Source of the DNA: Paraphysomonas bandaiensis
Taxonomy: Eukaryota; Protista; Chrysophyceae
Assembly (NCBI GenBank): GCA_965644295.1
Contig: CBFFRP010000066.1
Coordinates: 186,001 to 250,000 of the forward strand
Direction of reading: 5' to 3'
Length of the DNA stretch: 64,000 nt
Shown here: positions 22,236-35,731 of the stretch, piece after piece
Layout of the letters: each line of letters begins with the position of its first letter
Position numbering within the stretch: the first letter of the stretch is position 1
The notes under the pieces: generated by a model
The model's database searches: none
Told to the model about the DNA's origin: nothing
The model's input: only the letters and a program-made list of their open reading frames with translations
Position numbers and translations under genes: made by a program

Positions 22236-22600
22236 ATGTATGTATGTGTATACTGTATGTATGTATGTATGTATGTAGGTATGTAGGTATGTATGTATGT
22301 ATGTATGTATGTATGTATGTATGTATGTATGTATGTATGTATGTATGTATGTATGTATGTATGTATGTATGTATGTATGTATGTATGTATGTATGTATGT
22401 ATGTATGTATGTATGTATGTATGTATGTATGTATGTATGTATGTATGTATGTATGTATGTAGGTATGTATGTATGTATGTATGTATGTATGTATGTATGT
22501 ATGTATGTATGTATGTAGGTAGGTAGGTAGGTAGGTAGGTAGGTAGGTAGGTAGGTAGGTAGGTAGGTAGGTAGGTAGGTATGTATGATGTATGTATGTA
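22236..22600. repeat. Compound (TATG)n/(TAGG)n microsatellite between divergent genes
   Basis: Read directly. Confidence 0.98.
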
Positions 22601-22937
22601 AACTACAATATCTATATAGCGATGGAGTAAGTGTGACAGAATTCCACATATGGGCGCATTGTACTGTGAATGTATGACTGGTAGAGTACATCATACCCCA
22701 CAGAACACACAAGTATGAGATCCACTGCATTGCGTGGGATAACATGCATCGAGAGGTCAACTGGAGTGTTACCGCATGTAGCATGTGTTCATAACTCTCG
22801 TATATTTTATTCCATGCTCTCGTGTGTACATATACATATACATCCATATGAATCCATCCATTCGCTGTGTATGTCTGCTTATCAGTTTATTTCACTCTCG
22901 TATCGTAACGCTCACAGTTGCCTCAGTTGTCTCTCAA

Positions 22938-25500
22938 GAGGCAGCGCTGTGTGACTTCATTCAGGCGACTGATGTTACCTCCATACGGTCTGAGTGGACC
23001 TGTGCGGATGTGGGGAATAAGTGCACTTTCACTGGAGTCACTTGTTCAGGATCGAACATAATCAGAGTGGACTTATATGATGGTGGGATATCAGGATCTC
23101 TCCCCTCATCTATCGGCGATATGACTGCATTGACATATTTGAATATTGGTTACAACTCTCTCACCGGTACTTTGCCCTCATCATTGGGTAATATGACTGC
23201 TTTGACATATTTGGATATTGGTTCCAACTCTCTCAACGGTACTCTCCCCTCATTAATGGGTCAGCTAACTTCTCTTGCTCATAACTATCTACATCACAAT
23301 TCCTTAACGGGTCCTCTCCCCTCATCATTCGTTCAGATGACTTCTATTCGTTCTCTCGGCCTACATTACAATTCCATAACGGGTACTCTCCCCTCATATA
23401 TCGGTGATATGACTGCATTGACATATTTGAATATTGGTTCCAACTCTTTCACCGGTACTCTGCCCTCATCATTGGGTCAGCTGACTTCTCTTGCTCATAA
23501 CTATCTACATCACAATTCCTTAACGGGTCCTCTCCCCTCATCATTGGGTAATATGACTTCTATTCGTTTTCTCCACCTATATGGCAATTCCATAACGGGT
23601 ACTCTCCCCTCATCATTTGGTAATATGACTGCATTGACATATTTGAATATTGGTGACAACTCTCTCAACGGTACTCTGCCCTCATCATTGGGTAAGCTAA
23701 CTATTCTTGTTGAGCTCGAGCTACGTGACAATTCCATAACGGGCCCTCTCCCGTCATCTATCGGTAATATGACTGCATTGGCATATTTGAATATTCGCGA
23801 CAACTCTCTCAACGGTACTCTGCCCTCATCATTGGGTCAGCTGACTTCTCTCAGTTTTCTCCAACTGAGTGACAATTCCATAACGGGTTCTCTCCCCGAC
23901 TCGTTTTCCAGCCTGACTGAATTAGGACATTTAAACCTATATGGCAATATGTTCACAGGTGCCTACCCTTCCGAGCTATGTACAATGACTCAATTAACAA
24001 CATTCCACCTCACACAAAACACTTACCATGAATGCTTGAGACCCACATCTGCACCGACTTCTTTCCCTTCAGGACAACCGACAATTAGCTTGGAAGACGC
24101 AGCGCTATGTGATTTCATTGCGGTGACAAATATTACTTCTAAACAGTCTGAATGGACCTGCGGGAATGTGGGGAATAAATGCAATTTCAGTGGAGTCACC
24201 TGTTCAGAATCGAACGTTTCCTCAGTGGATTTATGGAACTATAAAATAGCAGGATCTCTCCCGTCCTCTATCGGTGATATGACTGCATTGACATATTTGA
24301 ATGTTGGTTACAATTCTCTCGTCGGTACTCTGCCCTCATCATTGGGTCAGCTGACTTCTCTTATTTATCTCCAACTACGTGACAATTCCATAACGGGTTG
24401 TCTCCCGTCCTCTATCGGTGATTTAACTGCATTGACATATTTGAATATTCGCGACAACTCTCTCATCGGTACTCTGTCCTCATCATTGGGTCAGCTGACT
24501 TCTCTTCATGCTCTCCTTCTGTTACATAATTCCATAACGGGTTCTCTCCCCGACTCGTTTTCCAGCCTGACTGAATTAGGATATTTAAGCCTATATGGCA
24601 ATATGTTCACAGGTGCCTACCCTTCCGAGCTATGTACAATGACTCAGTTAACATCATTCCACCTCACACAAAACACTTACCATGAATGCTTGAGACCCAC
24701 ATCTGCACCGACTTCTTTCCCTTCAGGACAACCGACAATTAGCTTGGAAGACGCAGCGCTATGTGATTTCATTGCGGTGACAAATATTACCGCTAAAGTG
24801 TCTGAATGGACCTGCGGGAATGTGGGGAATAAATGCAATTTCAGTGGAGTCACCTGTTCAGAATCGAACGTTTCCTCAGTGGATTTATGGAACTATAAAA
24901 TAGCAGGATCTCTCCCGTCCTCTATCGGTGATATGACTGCATTGACATATTTGAATATTGGATTCAACTCTCTCGTCGGTACTCTGCCCTCATCATTGGG
25001 TCAGCTGACTTCTCTTATTTATCTCCACCTATATCGCAATTCCATAACCGGCTTTCTCCCGTCCTCTATCGGTGATATGACTGCATTGACATATTTGAAT
25101 ATTCGCGACAACTCTCTCATCGGTACTCTGCCCTCATCATTGGGTCAGCTGACTTCTCTCAGTTTTCTCCTTCTATATGGCAATTCCATGACGGGCCCTC
25201 TCCCGTCATATATCGGTGATATGACTGCATTGACATATTTGAATATTGGTGACAACTCTCTCAACGGTACTCTGCCCTCATCATTGGGTCAGCTGACTTC
25301 TCTCAGTTATCTCCAACTGAGTGACAATTCCATTACGGGTTTTCTCCCCGACTCGTTTTCCAGCCTGACTGAATTAGGACATTTAAACCTATATGGCAAT
25401 ATGTTCACAGGTGCCTATCCTACCGAGCTATGTACAATGACTCAATTAACAACATTCCACCTCACACAAAACACTTACCATGAATGCTTGAGACCCACAT
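22938..25500 (+). repeat. Three capped LRR cassettes of paralog A (11, 4 and 6 internal 24-aa units)
   Basis: N-cap AALCDFI..EWTC..KC.F.GVTCS, 72-nt LxxLxxLxLxxNSxTGxLPSS units, C-cap YPSELCTMTQL..YHECLRP. Confidence 0.93.
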
Positions 25501-28500
25501 CTGCACCGACTTCTTTCCCTTCAGGACAACCGACGATTAGTGCACAGCCATCTGGTGAACCAACAGGACAACCATCTGGGACCCCTACAAGACAACCTTC
25601 TGGTGAACCAACAGGACAACCATCTGGTGAGCCAACAGGACAGCCCTCTGGTGAACCTAGTGGACAGCCAACTGGGATCCCTACTGGACAGCCATCTTGT
25701 CAACCTAGTGGATTGCCATCTGGTGAACCAACAGACCAACCATCTGGTCTTCCAACGGGACAGCCGTCTGGCCAACCTAGTGGATTGCCATCGGGATACC
25801 CTACAGGACAACCATCTGGTGAGCCAACAGGACAGCCCTCTGGTGAACCTAGTGGACTGCCAACTGGTATCCCTACTGGGCAGCCATCTTGTCAACCTAG
25901 TGGATTGCCATCCGGACACCCTACAGGACAACCATCTGGCCAACCTAGTGGATTGCCATCGGGACACCCTACAGGACAACCATCTGGTCTTCCAACGAGA
26001 CAGCCTTCTGGTGAACCGACAGGACAGCCCTCTGGTGAACCTACAGGACAGCCATCTGGTCTTCCAACGAGACAGCCGTCTAGCCAACCTAGTGGATTGC
26101 CATCGGGACACCCTACAGGACAACCATCTGGCCAACCTAGTGGATTGCCATCGGGACAACCTACAGGACAACCATCTGGTGAGCCAACAGGACAGCCCTC
26201 TGGTGAACCTAGTGGACAGCCAACTGGGATCCCTACTGGACAGCCATCTTGTCAACCTAGTGGATTGCCATCTGGTGAACCAACAGACCAACCATCTGGT
26301 GAGCCAACAGGACAGCCGTCTGGCCAACCTAGTGGATTGCCATCGGGATACCCTACAGGACAACCATCTGGCCAACCTAGTGGATTGCCATCGGGACAAC
26401 CTACAGGACAGCCGTCTGGTGAACCAACAGGACAGCCCTCTGGTGAACCTACTGGGCAGCCATCTTGTCAACCTAGTGGATTGCCATCCGGACACCCTAC
26501 AGGACAACCATCTGGTCTTCCAACGAGACAGCCTTCTGGTGAACCGACAGGACAGCCCTCTGGTGAACCTACAGGACAGCCATCTGGTCTTCCAACGAGA
26601 CAGCCGTCTAGCCAACCTAGTGGATTGCCATCGGGACACCCTACAGGACAACCATCTGGCCAACCTAGTGGATTGCCATCGGGACAACCTACAGGACAAC
26701 CATCTGGTGAGCCAACAGGACAGCCCTCTGGTGAACCTAGTGGACAGCCAACTGGGATCCCTACTGGACAGCCATCTTGTCAACCTAGTGGATTGCCATC
26801 TGGTGAACCAACAGACCAACCATCTGGTCTTCCAACGGGACAGCCGTCTGGCCAACCTAGTGGATTGCCATCGGGATACCCTACAGGACAACCATCTGGC
26901 CAACCTAGTGGATTGCCATCGGGACAACCTACAGGACAGCCGTCTGGTGAACCAACAGGACAGCCCTCTGGTGAACCTACAGGACAGCCATCTGGTCAAC
27001 CTACAGGACAGCCATCTGGCCGACCTAGTGGATTTCCATCGGGACACCCTTCAGGACTGCCATCTGGTGAGCCAACAGGACAGCCCTCTGGTGAACCTAG
27101 TGGACTGCCAACTGGTATCCCTACTGGGCAGCCATCTTGTCAACCTAGTGGATTGCCATCCGGACACCCTACAGGACAACCATCTGGCCAACCTAGTGGA
27201 TTGCCATCGGGACACCCTACAGGACTGCCATCTGGTGAGCCAACAGGACAGCCGTCTGGTGAACCTAGTGGACAGCCAACAGGTATCCCTACTGGGCAGC
27301 CATCTTGTCAACCTAGTGGATTGCCATCGGGACACCCTTCAGGACAACCATCTGGTGAACCAACAGAACAGCCATCTGGTCTTCCAACGAGACAGCCATC
27401 TGGCCGACCTAGTGGATTGCCATCGGGACACCCTTCAGGACTGCCATCTGGTGAGCCAACAGGACAGCCGTCTGGTGAATCTAGTGGACAGCCATCTGGT
27501 CTTCCAACGAGACTGCCATCTGGCCGACCTAGTGGATTGCCATCGGGACACCCTTCAGGACTGCCATCTGGTGAGCCAACAGGACAGCCGTCTGGTGAAC
27601 CTAGTGGACAGCCAACTGGTACCCCTACTGGGCAGCCATCTTGTCAACCTAGTGGATTGCCATCGGGACACCCTTCAGGACAACCATCTGGTGAACCAAC
27701 AGGACAGCCCTCTGGTGAACCTACAGGACAGCCATCTGGTCTTCCAACGAGACAGCCATCTGGCCGACCTAGTGGATTGCCATCGGGACAACCTACAGGA
27801 CAACCATCTGGTGAGCCAACAGGACAGCCAACTGGTGAACCTACAGGACAGCCGTCTGGTGAGCCTAGTGGACAGCCAACTGGGATCCCTACAGGGCAGC
27901 CATCTGGTCAACCTAGTGGATTGCCATCAGGACACCGTACAGGACAACCATCTCGGGAACCAACAGGACAGCCATCTTGGGATCCAACTGGGCAACCATC
28001 TGGTGAACCAACCGGACAGCCAGCGGGACACCCAACAGGACAACCATCTGGGATCCCAACGAGACAGCCTTCTGGTAAACCGACAGGGCAGCCATCTGGT
28101 CAACCTAGTGGGCTGCCATCTGGTGAGCCTACAGAACAACAATATGGTGAACCGACAGGACAGCTATCTGATGAACCCACAGATCGGCCATCCAGTCAAC
28201 CTACGAGACAGCCATCTGGGGAACCAACAGGACAACCATATGGTGAGCCAACAGGACAGCCGTCTGGTGAACCTAGTGGATTGCCATCAGGACGTCCTGC
28301 TGGACAACCATCTGGTCAACCTACAGGACAACCATCGGGGCACCCTATAGGACAGCCATCTGAGATCCCTACAGCACAGCCATCATGTCAGCCTACAGGA
28401 CAACCATCTGGGATCCCTACAGCAGAACCATCTAGTCCACCAACGAGACAGCCATCTGGCCAACCTAGTGGACTGCCATCGAGTCAACCAACAGGACAGC

Positions 28501-28700
28501 CATCTGGCCAACCTAGTGGATTGCCTTCGGGACATCCTACAGGACAACCATCTGGTCAACCTAGTGGACAGCCATCAGAGCAGTCATCTCGGATCCCTAC
28601 AGCAGGACAGCCATATGGCCAACCTAGTGGACAGGCACCTGGGATATCTACTAGACAGCCAACGAGTCAACCAACAGGACAGCCATCTGGGCAACTACAT
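25501..28700 (+). repeat. 12-nt coding repeat, P[ST]G[QELH] mucin-like stalk of paralog A (~3.2 kb)
   Basis: [16 protein letters not shown] tetrapeptides with higher-order duplications (the 60-mers at 25621 and 26701 are identical). Confidence 0.95.
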
Positions 28701-31700
28701 TCGTCTTTTCCATCGAAGCATGCTCCTTCAGTTGCACACTCACCTGAGATGTTAAGTGTGGGCTGGACTGCATATCGAAATCGCGTTACACTTTCAATTC
28801 ACCTCTCAGACAGAGGCTATGTCTATTGCGCAAGCTTTGAATCTATGGTAATCGTCGACTCTGTAAATTCTGTAATTTCTACAAACAATTTTGACTATGT
28901 GGACGACGTTTCTGTCAACGCCTCAATCTCGATAACATCTCTGACACCGTCCACGAATTACACCCTTTATTGTGTCACGCAAAACAATGACTTGTTAGCT
29001 ACCTCGTATGAAGAAATGCTCTCGAGTGCAATCGTTTGGGAAACTCTCTGTTGTAAGAGCATATTTGTGGATTTGAATATGCTTGTGCTGCAAGAATATA
29101 GTGTGGGCTGGAATATGGTTGCAGTTACCCTTTCGGCAGCTCCGTCATCTGACAGTGATGTGTGGATATCTGCTGAGGTGTCAAATAGCAGTGGTTCGTA
29201 CACTGTATCCCCCTTCCTGGATGACACTGTGACTGTTACACATTCCTCATGGTCGAAAACACACGTATTCACTGTCGCCAACTGTGCGCCGGGACTGTAC
29301 ACACTACAGGTGACTATGATGGATTTTTCAGTGCAGCAAGAGTATGATGTGATCTTCCGAAGTGGGCAGTCGTTCACTGTAGTGCCCTCTACAGTAGAAC
29401 CCAGCACCCCGCGTTTAACGTCAGCACAGTTCTCGAAGAGTGGTGAGTCCGCTGTCCTGAAATTTGATTCACCTACGGACAAGGCGCTATATTCCACATA
29501 TTTCAAGTGCTCTCGTCTCCTGGATGTAGCTGGGGCCTCATCGTCAGACTGTCTCTGGACCTCGGCCACCACACTTACTGTGTATTTCAAAGGGTCTCTT
29601 CTTCCTGAAGTAGGTGATAGTGTGGTGCTACTGCAGGGTCAACTGCGAGCTCAATGCGCCTTAACAACATCAGAGTGTACCGGCTGGGCTACTGTGAACA
29701 GAACAGAAATGGTTTTAGCTGCCCCCTACGACCCCATATCACCCACACTCGTTGTGACATACCCAAAGGTCTCCGGTCCCTGCGACAGACCTGTGATCGA
29801 TATTACTGCCTCCTCTGGTTCTGGTGGTCGACCGTGGAAACAGTTTAACATCACTGTGACCAGTGTTAGCGATACTGTTTATACAGTTCAGAAATGGCTT
29901 ACAGAGAATTACATGATTAGCCCACCGCCTGCAATGCCAGCCCAACTATTTCAAGGCGGTTATAGGTACATCTTTGAGCTATGGCTGTGCAATTTTCTCG
30001 GTGAGTGCAGCTCTGCCATAGCTGTCATAGAAAGAGTGAATGATAGTCTGCCGTATGTTTCTATGGTGGGACAACTCTCTCGACAGATATTCACTTACAC
30101 TCCTCTGGCACTGCAGTCAAATGCTTTTCTATCTGAATGCGACGGTTCTGCATCGTATTCCAACTTAATATATGATTGGAAAATATTCGAGGATGAAGTG
30201 GAGCACTCTGAGTTAGTGTCGTTGTCGAATGACCCGAGAAAATTCAACTTGCCACCTTATTCTTTGAACGTAAGTTCTGTTTACGAAATAAAGTTAACTG
30301 TTACAAGCTCTCTGTCGGGGTTGTCGTCGTCAGTACTGGTATACGTGTCAGTAGTTCAGTCCGATATTGTGGCAATCATTGAGGGAGGATCACAGCAATC
30401 ATTGCGAATCGGCGGCAGTGTGTTATTGGATGCATCTGGCAGTTATGATAAAAATATTCCACCCGAATTACGCCCTCCAGCTGAGAGCAGTGGGTTTGAA
30501 TTCCGTTGGACTTGTATGCAGTTGTTTCCAGCTCTCCTTCTGCGGTGTGATGATTTGAATATACAATCGAATACTATCACAACTCCACATTTGCTACGTA
30601 TATTTACTACGAATAAGACAAAGGAGCACTCGGAGTATTCGATAAGTGTGGAGGTGCTTAGTGTTGCTGACGGCAGGCAAGCAGAGAGCTCAGTGGTTGT
30701 ACGAGTGACTGAAGCATTGGCTCCGATTGTGTCTATAAGGAGGAGTGGAGCAACGAGTGGTGTCAACCCTTCGTCTTCTCTGGTTTTGCTGGGAAGTGTG
30801 GAATTAAGTGTGGCCCAATCAGCATTTTGGACTATCAACGAGCCGTCTGTTGCTCTGGCTTCTATCACATCTACGACGACGTATGTATCACTTGCGAAAG
30901 GGCTGCACTCCATCAATTTGGTAGTTAGTGCCGGCTCTATTCCTGGTCGGTCGGTTCCCTATGTGTTTTCACTTACCTGTGACTCGTCCGCAGCATCATT
31001 GGCAGTGAGTTTTAATACTCCTCCTCATCCTGGTCAACTTTCAGTGTTCCCTCCCTCAGGTATAGCGTGGGATACAGTCTATACACTCATTGCGGAGTCT
31101 TGGACTGATGAAGACTTGCCATTGTCCTATGTAATGGGTTATGTGGAGGATGGCCACTATCCAATTGTGAGAAGTCGGTTGGAGACGTCTTATGCCAGCT
31201 CCACATTTCCATCTGGGGACAGTATGAATGGATACACATTGTTGTGTTATGTTCGTGTGCTAGATAGTTTGGATGCAGTTTCTCTGTTGCAGACGTCGGT
31301 TGTGGTTCGTTCCAATACAGCCCTCTCGGCAACATTAGCTAGCGAGAAGTTTCGATTGGAACTAGAATCGAGTGGAAGCAAAATTGAGTTGACGAAGCAA
31401 ATTCTCTCATTGTCTAGTTCTTATCTGAACACCAAGAACTGCTCCTCAGCACCCAACTGTACCACTTTGAACCGCCACGAGTGTTTCAGTGTTGATCATA
31501 CATGTGGATCATGCTTGACTGGGTATGTGGGAGAAGAGGGTGCATCTAACCATGGTTGTGTACCAGAAAGCGATTTGTTAACACCTTCTCCAGGTGTGGT
31601 TTGTGGCACTGACGATGACTGCAGTGTATGGGAGTACTGTAAGATTACGGAGTCACCCTCCGTTTGTGATTATCGTCGGCAGACATGTACCAGTAACTGC

Positions 31701-34700
31701 TCGCGTCGAGGCACCTGCATACTTCAGGACAGTGACAGCGGAGCTGCTGTGTCCGAGTGTCTATTGATTGACTCTTCATGTGAGGCGAAGTGTCTATGTG
31801 ATAAAGGATTCAGTGGCTTGTTTTGTGAGTATACAGCTGAGGAGGCGAGAGTACGCACTAATATGAGAGAAGCCAATCTGAATGAGCTAGATGGTGTCAC
31901 TAGAGTGGATGATCCAACTGTAGAGTCGATTTTGGAGTGGCAACAAATTTTAGTTGCACTTACAACACAACCGAGTGAACTATCTGAAGTGGGGGCTGAG
32001 CGTGGTCTCAATATTGCTGATGTGATTTTAAGTAATGCTACAGTGCAAGCGGTGGACACATATGAGGCGTATAGTGACACGCTGACAGCAGTAGATAGCA
32101 TTGCCACTGTGTCAATGAATATTTTGTTATCCTCATTGGCCTCGTCGAATATCACTCGTCACCGCAGCCTCCTTTTCAACGAGAGCTCATTCATCGCCTC
32201 CCGAGTTGCGTCCGCGCTGGACACGTATGGGTCAGGTGTAAGAAGATCTCTGATTGAGGGCCAACGCGGGAGTCAGATTTTACGAAAGTCATTTCAACAA
32301 ATCACAGAAGTTTTTTCCTCTTCAGTTAATAGTGAAGATATTTCAATGGCAGTACCACAGTCATTTGCAAAGACGTCGGCTGGAATACTGCCCTCGTCTC
32401 TCCAATTTCGTAGAAACAGTACACGGCACCCCTCGCGGAGTTTGAAGGTTTCATTGAGTAGTATTCGGTCGAAGCTCTATGATAATGAGAATTACAATTC
32501 GGATGTGTTGCAAATGGCTATTGATGGCTCGATATACACCAACGATTCTTTCAAGATAATTATACAAAATAATAATCCTATCTACCACGACCGAGTAGAC
32601 GCCAACAATACTACATTAAACGTGACTTGTGAGCATGATGTACACACCACTCTCACAGTACCCTGTCACCCGTCAGCTGTGAACGTCACTTGTAATGGCA
32701 CTGCCGCAAAAGTACGGCTACGTTGCCCGGATGTTTTCTCTGAACCTCATTGCCGAGTCTTGTCTACCAGAGGGAACTTCAACTGCACTGTTGACTCCTA
32801 CACTGCGTGGAACACCACATGCTTGTGTCATCTCACTTCATTAGGATATCACTTCGGAGGTGATGGACTGTCATCGTATGACACTAATCCTTCTCCCTCT
32901 CAGCGACGCGTGGACGAGACAGGGCAAGAGTAGATGATTCTGCGAGAGTCAGGGTATGTGGAGCTCGTGAGCACATCAGAGTACGTTGCTGGCGACTTTA
33001 CTGCAACAGTTGTTCTGGCTCAGGAGTTCGATTCACCTGAGGACTTGCAAGCAGTACTTTTGGTGGTGTCGTTGTTCGGAACAATTTGGGGCATGGGGTT
33101 CCTTGCAATGTGTTATATTTTTGCGTATGATTCCAAAAGTGAGAAATTAAAACAGTGTGTGACGACCCCGAGTCTTGACCTCAATAGTGCTTCCCCAAAT
33201 AAAATTTCCACCGATTCGATGAAAATGCGTCTTCATTCATATGTAAAGGAAGTTTTCCCGGCAGTGTACAACACAGAATCGCCGTGGAGTCGATTGTGGA
33301 GAGAGCTTAAGAGCCATCATCGTTACATAGCTTTATTTCTCTCGAAAGACTATACGAATACAGTGAACCACAGAATTCGAGTGTTGCTACACCTGTTAAC
33401 AACACTTTCTATGCTGATGTTTTTCCTGGCGTTGTTGTATGACTTTGAGGTAATTGTTTTAATTATTATCATCCAACAATATCTATAGTGTATTGTATTT
33501 TTTTTCGTCTTGCTAATGACGTTCATATATAGTATCCAGAAGACAATGGAAAATGTGAAGCTCATACCACTGCCTCACAGTGCGCAACTGAGAAGTCGAT
33601 GCTAGATTCATCACAGAGAGTTTGTCAGTGGGTTGAAGATGATGACACGATTGGGGAATACTCGTGTGTATTTGTTGGCCCTGAGGTTACTCTGAAGGTA
33701 TATAATCTCCTTATCCATCTTTGCATTGGTCTTTACATCTCGCCTGTATGTGTTCATTAGGCTATCATGATTGCCTCTGTTATATGCTCCATCTTCAGCA
33801 TGTTCGGAAATGCAATTGTCGACTTTATATTTGACATTCTAGCTGCTCCCACTGCATGTTGCTCTAGGCAAAATGCTGCTGAGCAAATAAATGGTCACAT
33901 CCAACGGCGTGTGTCTCAATTTGGCAGACGAGTGTCGGCCATAACTACAAATTTATCTGATCAATTTAGGAGTAGTGTGGGGAGGAAGAGAAAAACGTCG
34001 TCTTTTATAACAATTGAATCCACACGTCACCTGCCATATTCTTGCATTGCTGCCCAGCAATTGGCGTTATCTTCGCTTGGCAGTATCGTGGCAGAAGTAA
34101 ACCCATCCTTACAAACCATTGAGCGTCGCTCCAGTCGTAGTCAGCGCTTAAGCAGAAATACGGATACACCCCACCCGCAGTCGAGTAATTTCCAGTCCTA
34201 TTACGCCCTCTGTCCTGTTAGCCGGCGGTCTGAGGAAGTGGATAAAGTGGCAGCGATTCCGTCTACTATTCTGTCCATCTCAACGGATGATTTATATGCA
34301 GACCTGTGCAGCGATATTACGGAGCAAATGAGATACCTAAGAACCACTAGACAAAAGGATGCATTTATGATGGCCTGGTGGTATGTATAATGTTGTGCTC
34401 TTTATTTTGTTGCGTTTAATGTGTTTCTTGCAGCTTAGAAAGTAATAATCAATTCAAGCCAGAGTATGCGAGTATTATTGAGAAAACACTGAAGGAACAC
34501 CTTGCGTTTGTAAAGAAGGAAGTGGCTCTCAAGCGGAATAAATTGAATCAAATCGAAGACATGCATATTGGTCTGGAGCTGCTCCACATGTTTGTACTGG
34601 ATCTCCTCGGTAGAGGTAAAATCGTTCATACGTTGTACATGCGTAATTGTAATTGTGCTTATCTACTTGGTGTGTGTAGCATCACCGGCAGCCAAAATAT

Positions 34701-35731
34701 TTGAGACGAAATCAGAGGAAGAGTGAGTTGACTATGATGCCCTTATGAACCATTGCTGACATCTCATATTTGCTCTGTTGTGTTTTTGCAGATTTCGCCA
34801 TACCTACGTTGTTTCAAAGTTTGTAAAAGGCATAATGTGGTCTTTGGTTGTGCTGTTGAATCTCTGCTTTATATTTTACTCCATGTTACGAGGTCTGCAA
34901 AGAGGACTCGAGTGGCAGATGATGTTCCTTTTTGCATGCATACTGCAATTTCTATTTGAGATTTTGCTGTATGAGTCGTCTGAAGTCGCCATAATTCATT
35001 TTGTAATTCCAAGTTTAGTCCGGTATGAAGTAATGGCGGCTCAAACTGCACTCTACAACGCAATTGAAAGTATCAGCAATATGTCAGAAGAAACAAACGA
35101 TCTGATACTTGACACGCCTCAGTATTTGTTTGTATCCGTAAATGTTGCCAAATTTTTCCCTCATCAATTGGAGAGCGCAATTGTACGGTCCTATCACAGT
35201 CTTTATCCGGGTGCACTGGCTAAGAATTGGAAAGACAGGAGAAAATTTTACTGTAGAAGAGGTGCTGTGGTTCCTTCCGGTCGAACTTATACAAGACGTT
35301 TCTCTGTGATAGCTCTGTTATCTCTCTTGGTTCAACAACTCGGCGCAGTGAGCAGCACTTGGCAGCGCATGATCATTCATCTTCTCCAGCCACTCTTTGC
35401 AGTATCTCTGATCATGATGTGGCAATATATGTGGTATCATCCCATATATTTCGTCGTCCTACTGGTACTTGCATTGTATGTGGGATACCGCTATCTCTCT
35501 TCGTGGAAAAATCAGGCTGAAGAGCGAATTTCAAATAAAGTCGGTCAATTCCCAGCGTTAGTTTCACCCGATACCGCTGCTTCTGGTGTTCCTGGAGAGG
35601 AGGGAACGCATCGTCTGAATGGCAATTCTCTTGTAGCCACGGAAGAGGGACACAGTCCACGTCACCTCTCCAGTGACCCTATCCATCAGCAGCGACACAT
35701 GAACGATTTTCCCTCTATTTTAGAAGTGGGA

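Noticed and set aside
18751-22526. MYVC/HTYI-repeat ORFs
   Set aside because: Translations of (TATG)n microsatellites.
22785-22847. ORF-track start of paralog A at 22785
   Set aside because: Non-ATG start in low-complexity sequence; homology with B begins at ATG 22848.
25521-28350. Long alternative-frame and antisense ORFs (508, 936 aa; also 47936-49108)
   Set aside because: By-products of the 12-nt stalk repeat lacking stops in other frames.
32860-32933. Intron that would remove the TAG in paralog A
   Set aside because: Nearby GT donors are out of phase or give a 24-nt intron, well below the >=45 nt seen here; B reads through the same segment as coding.
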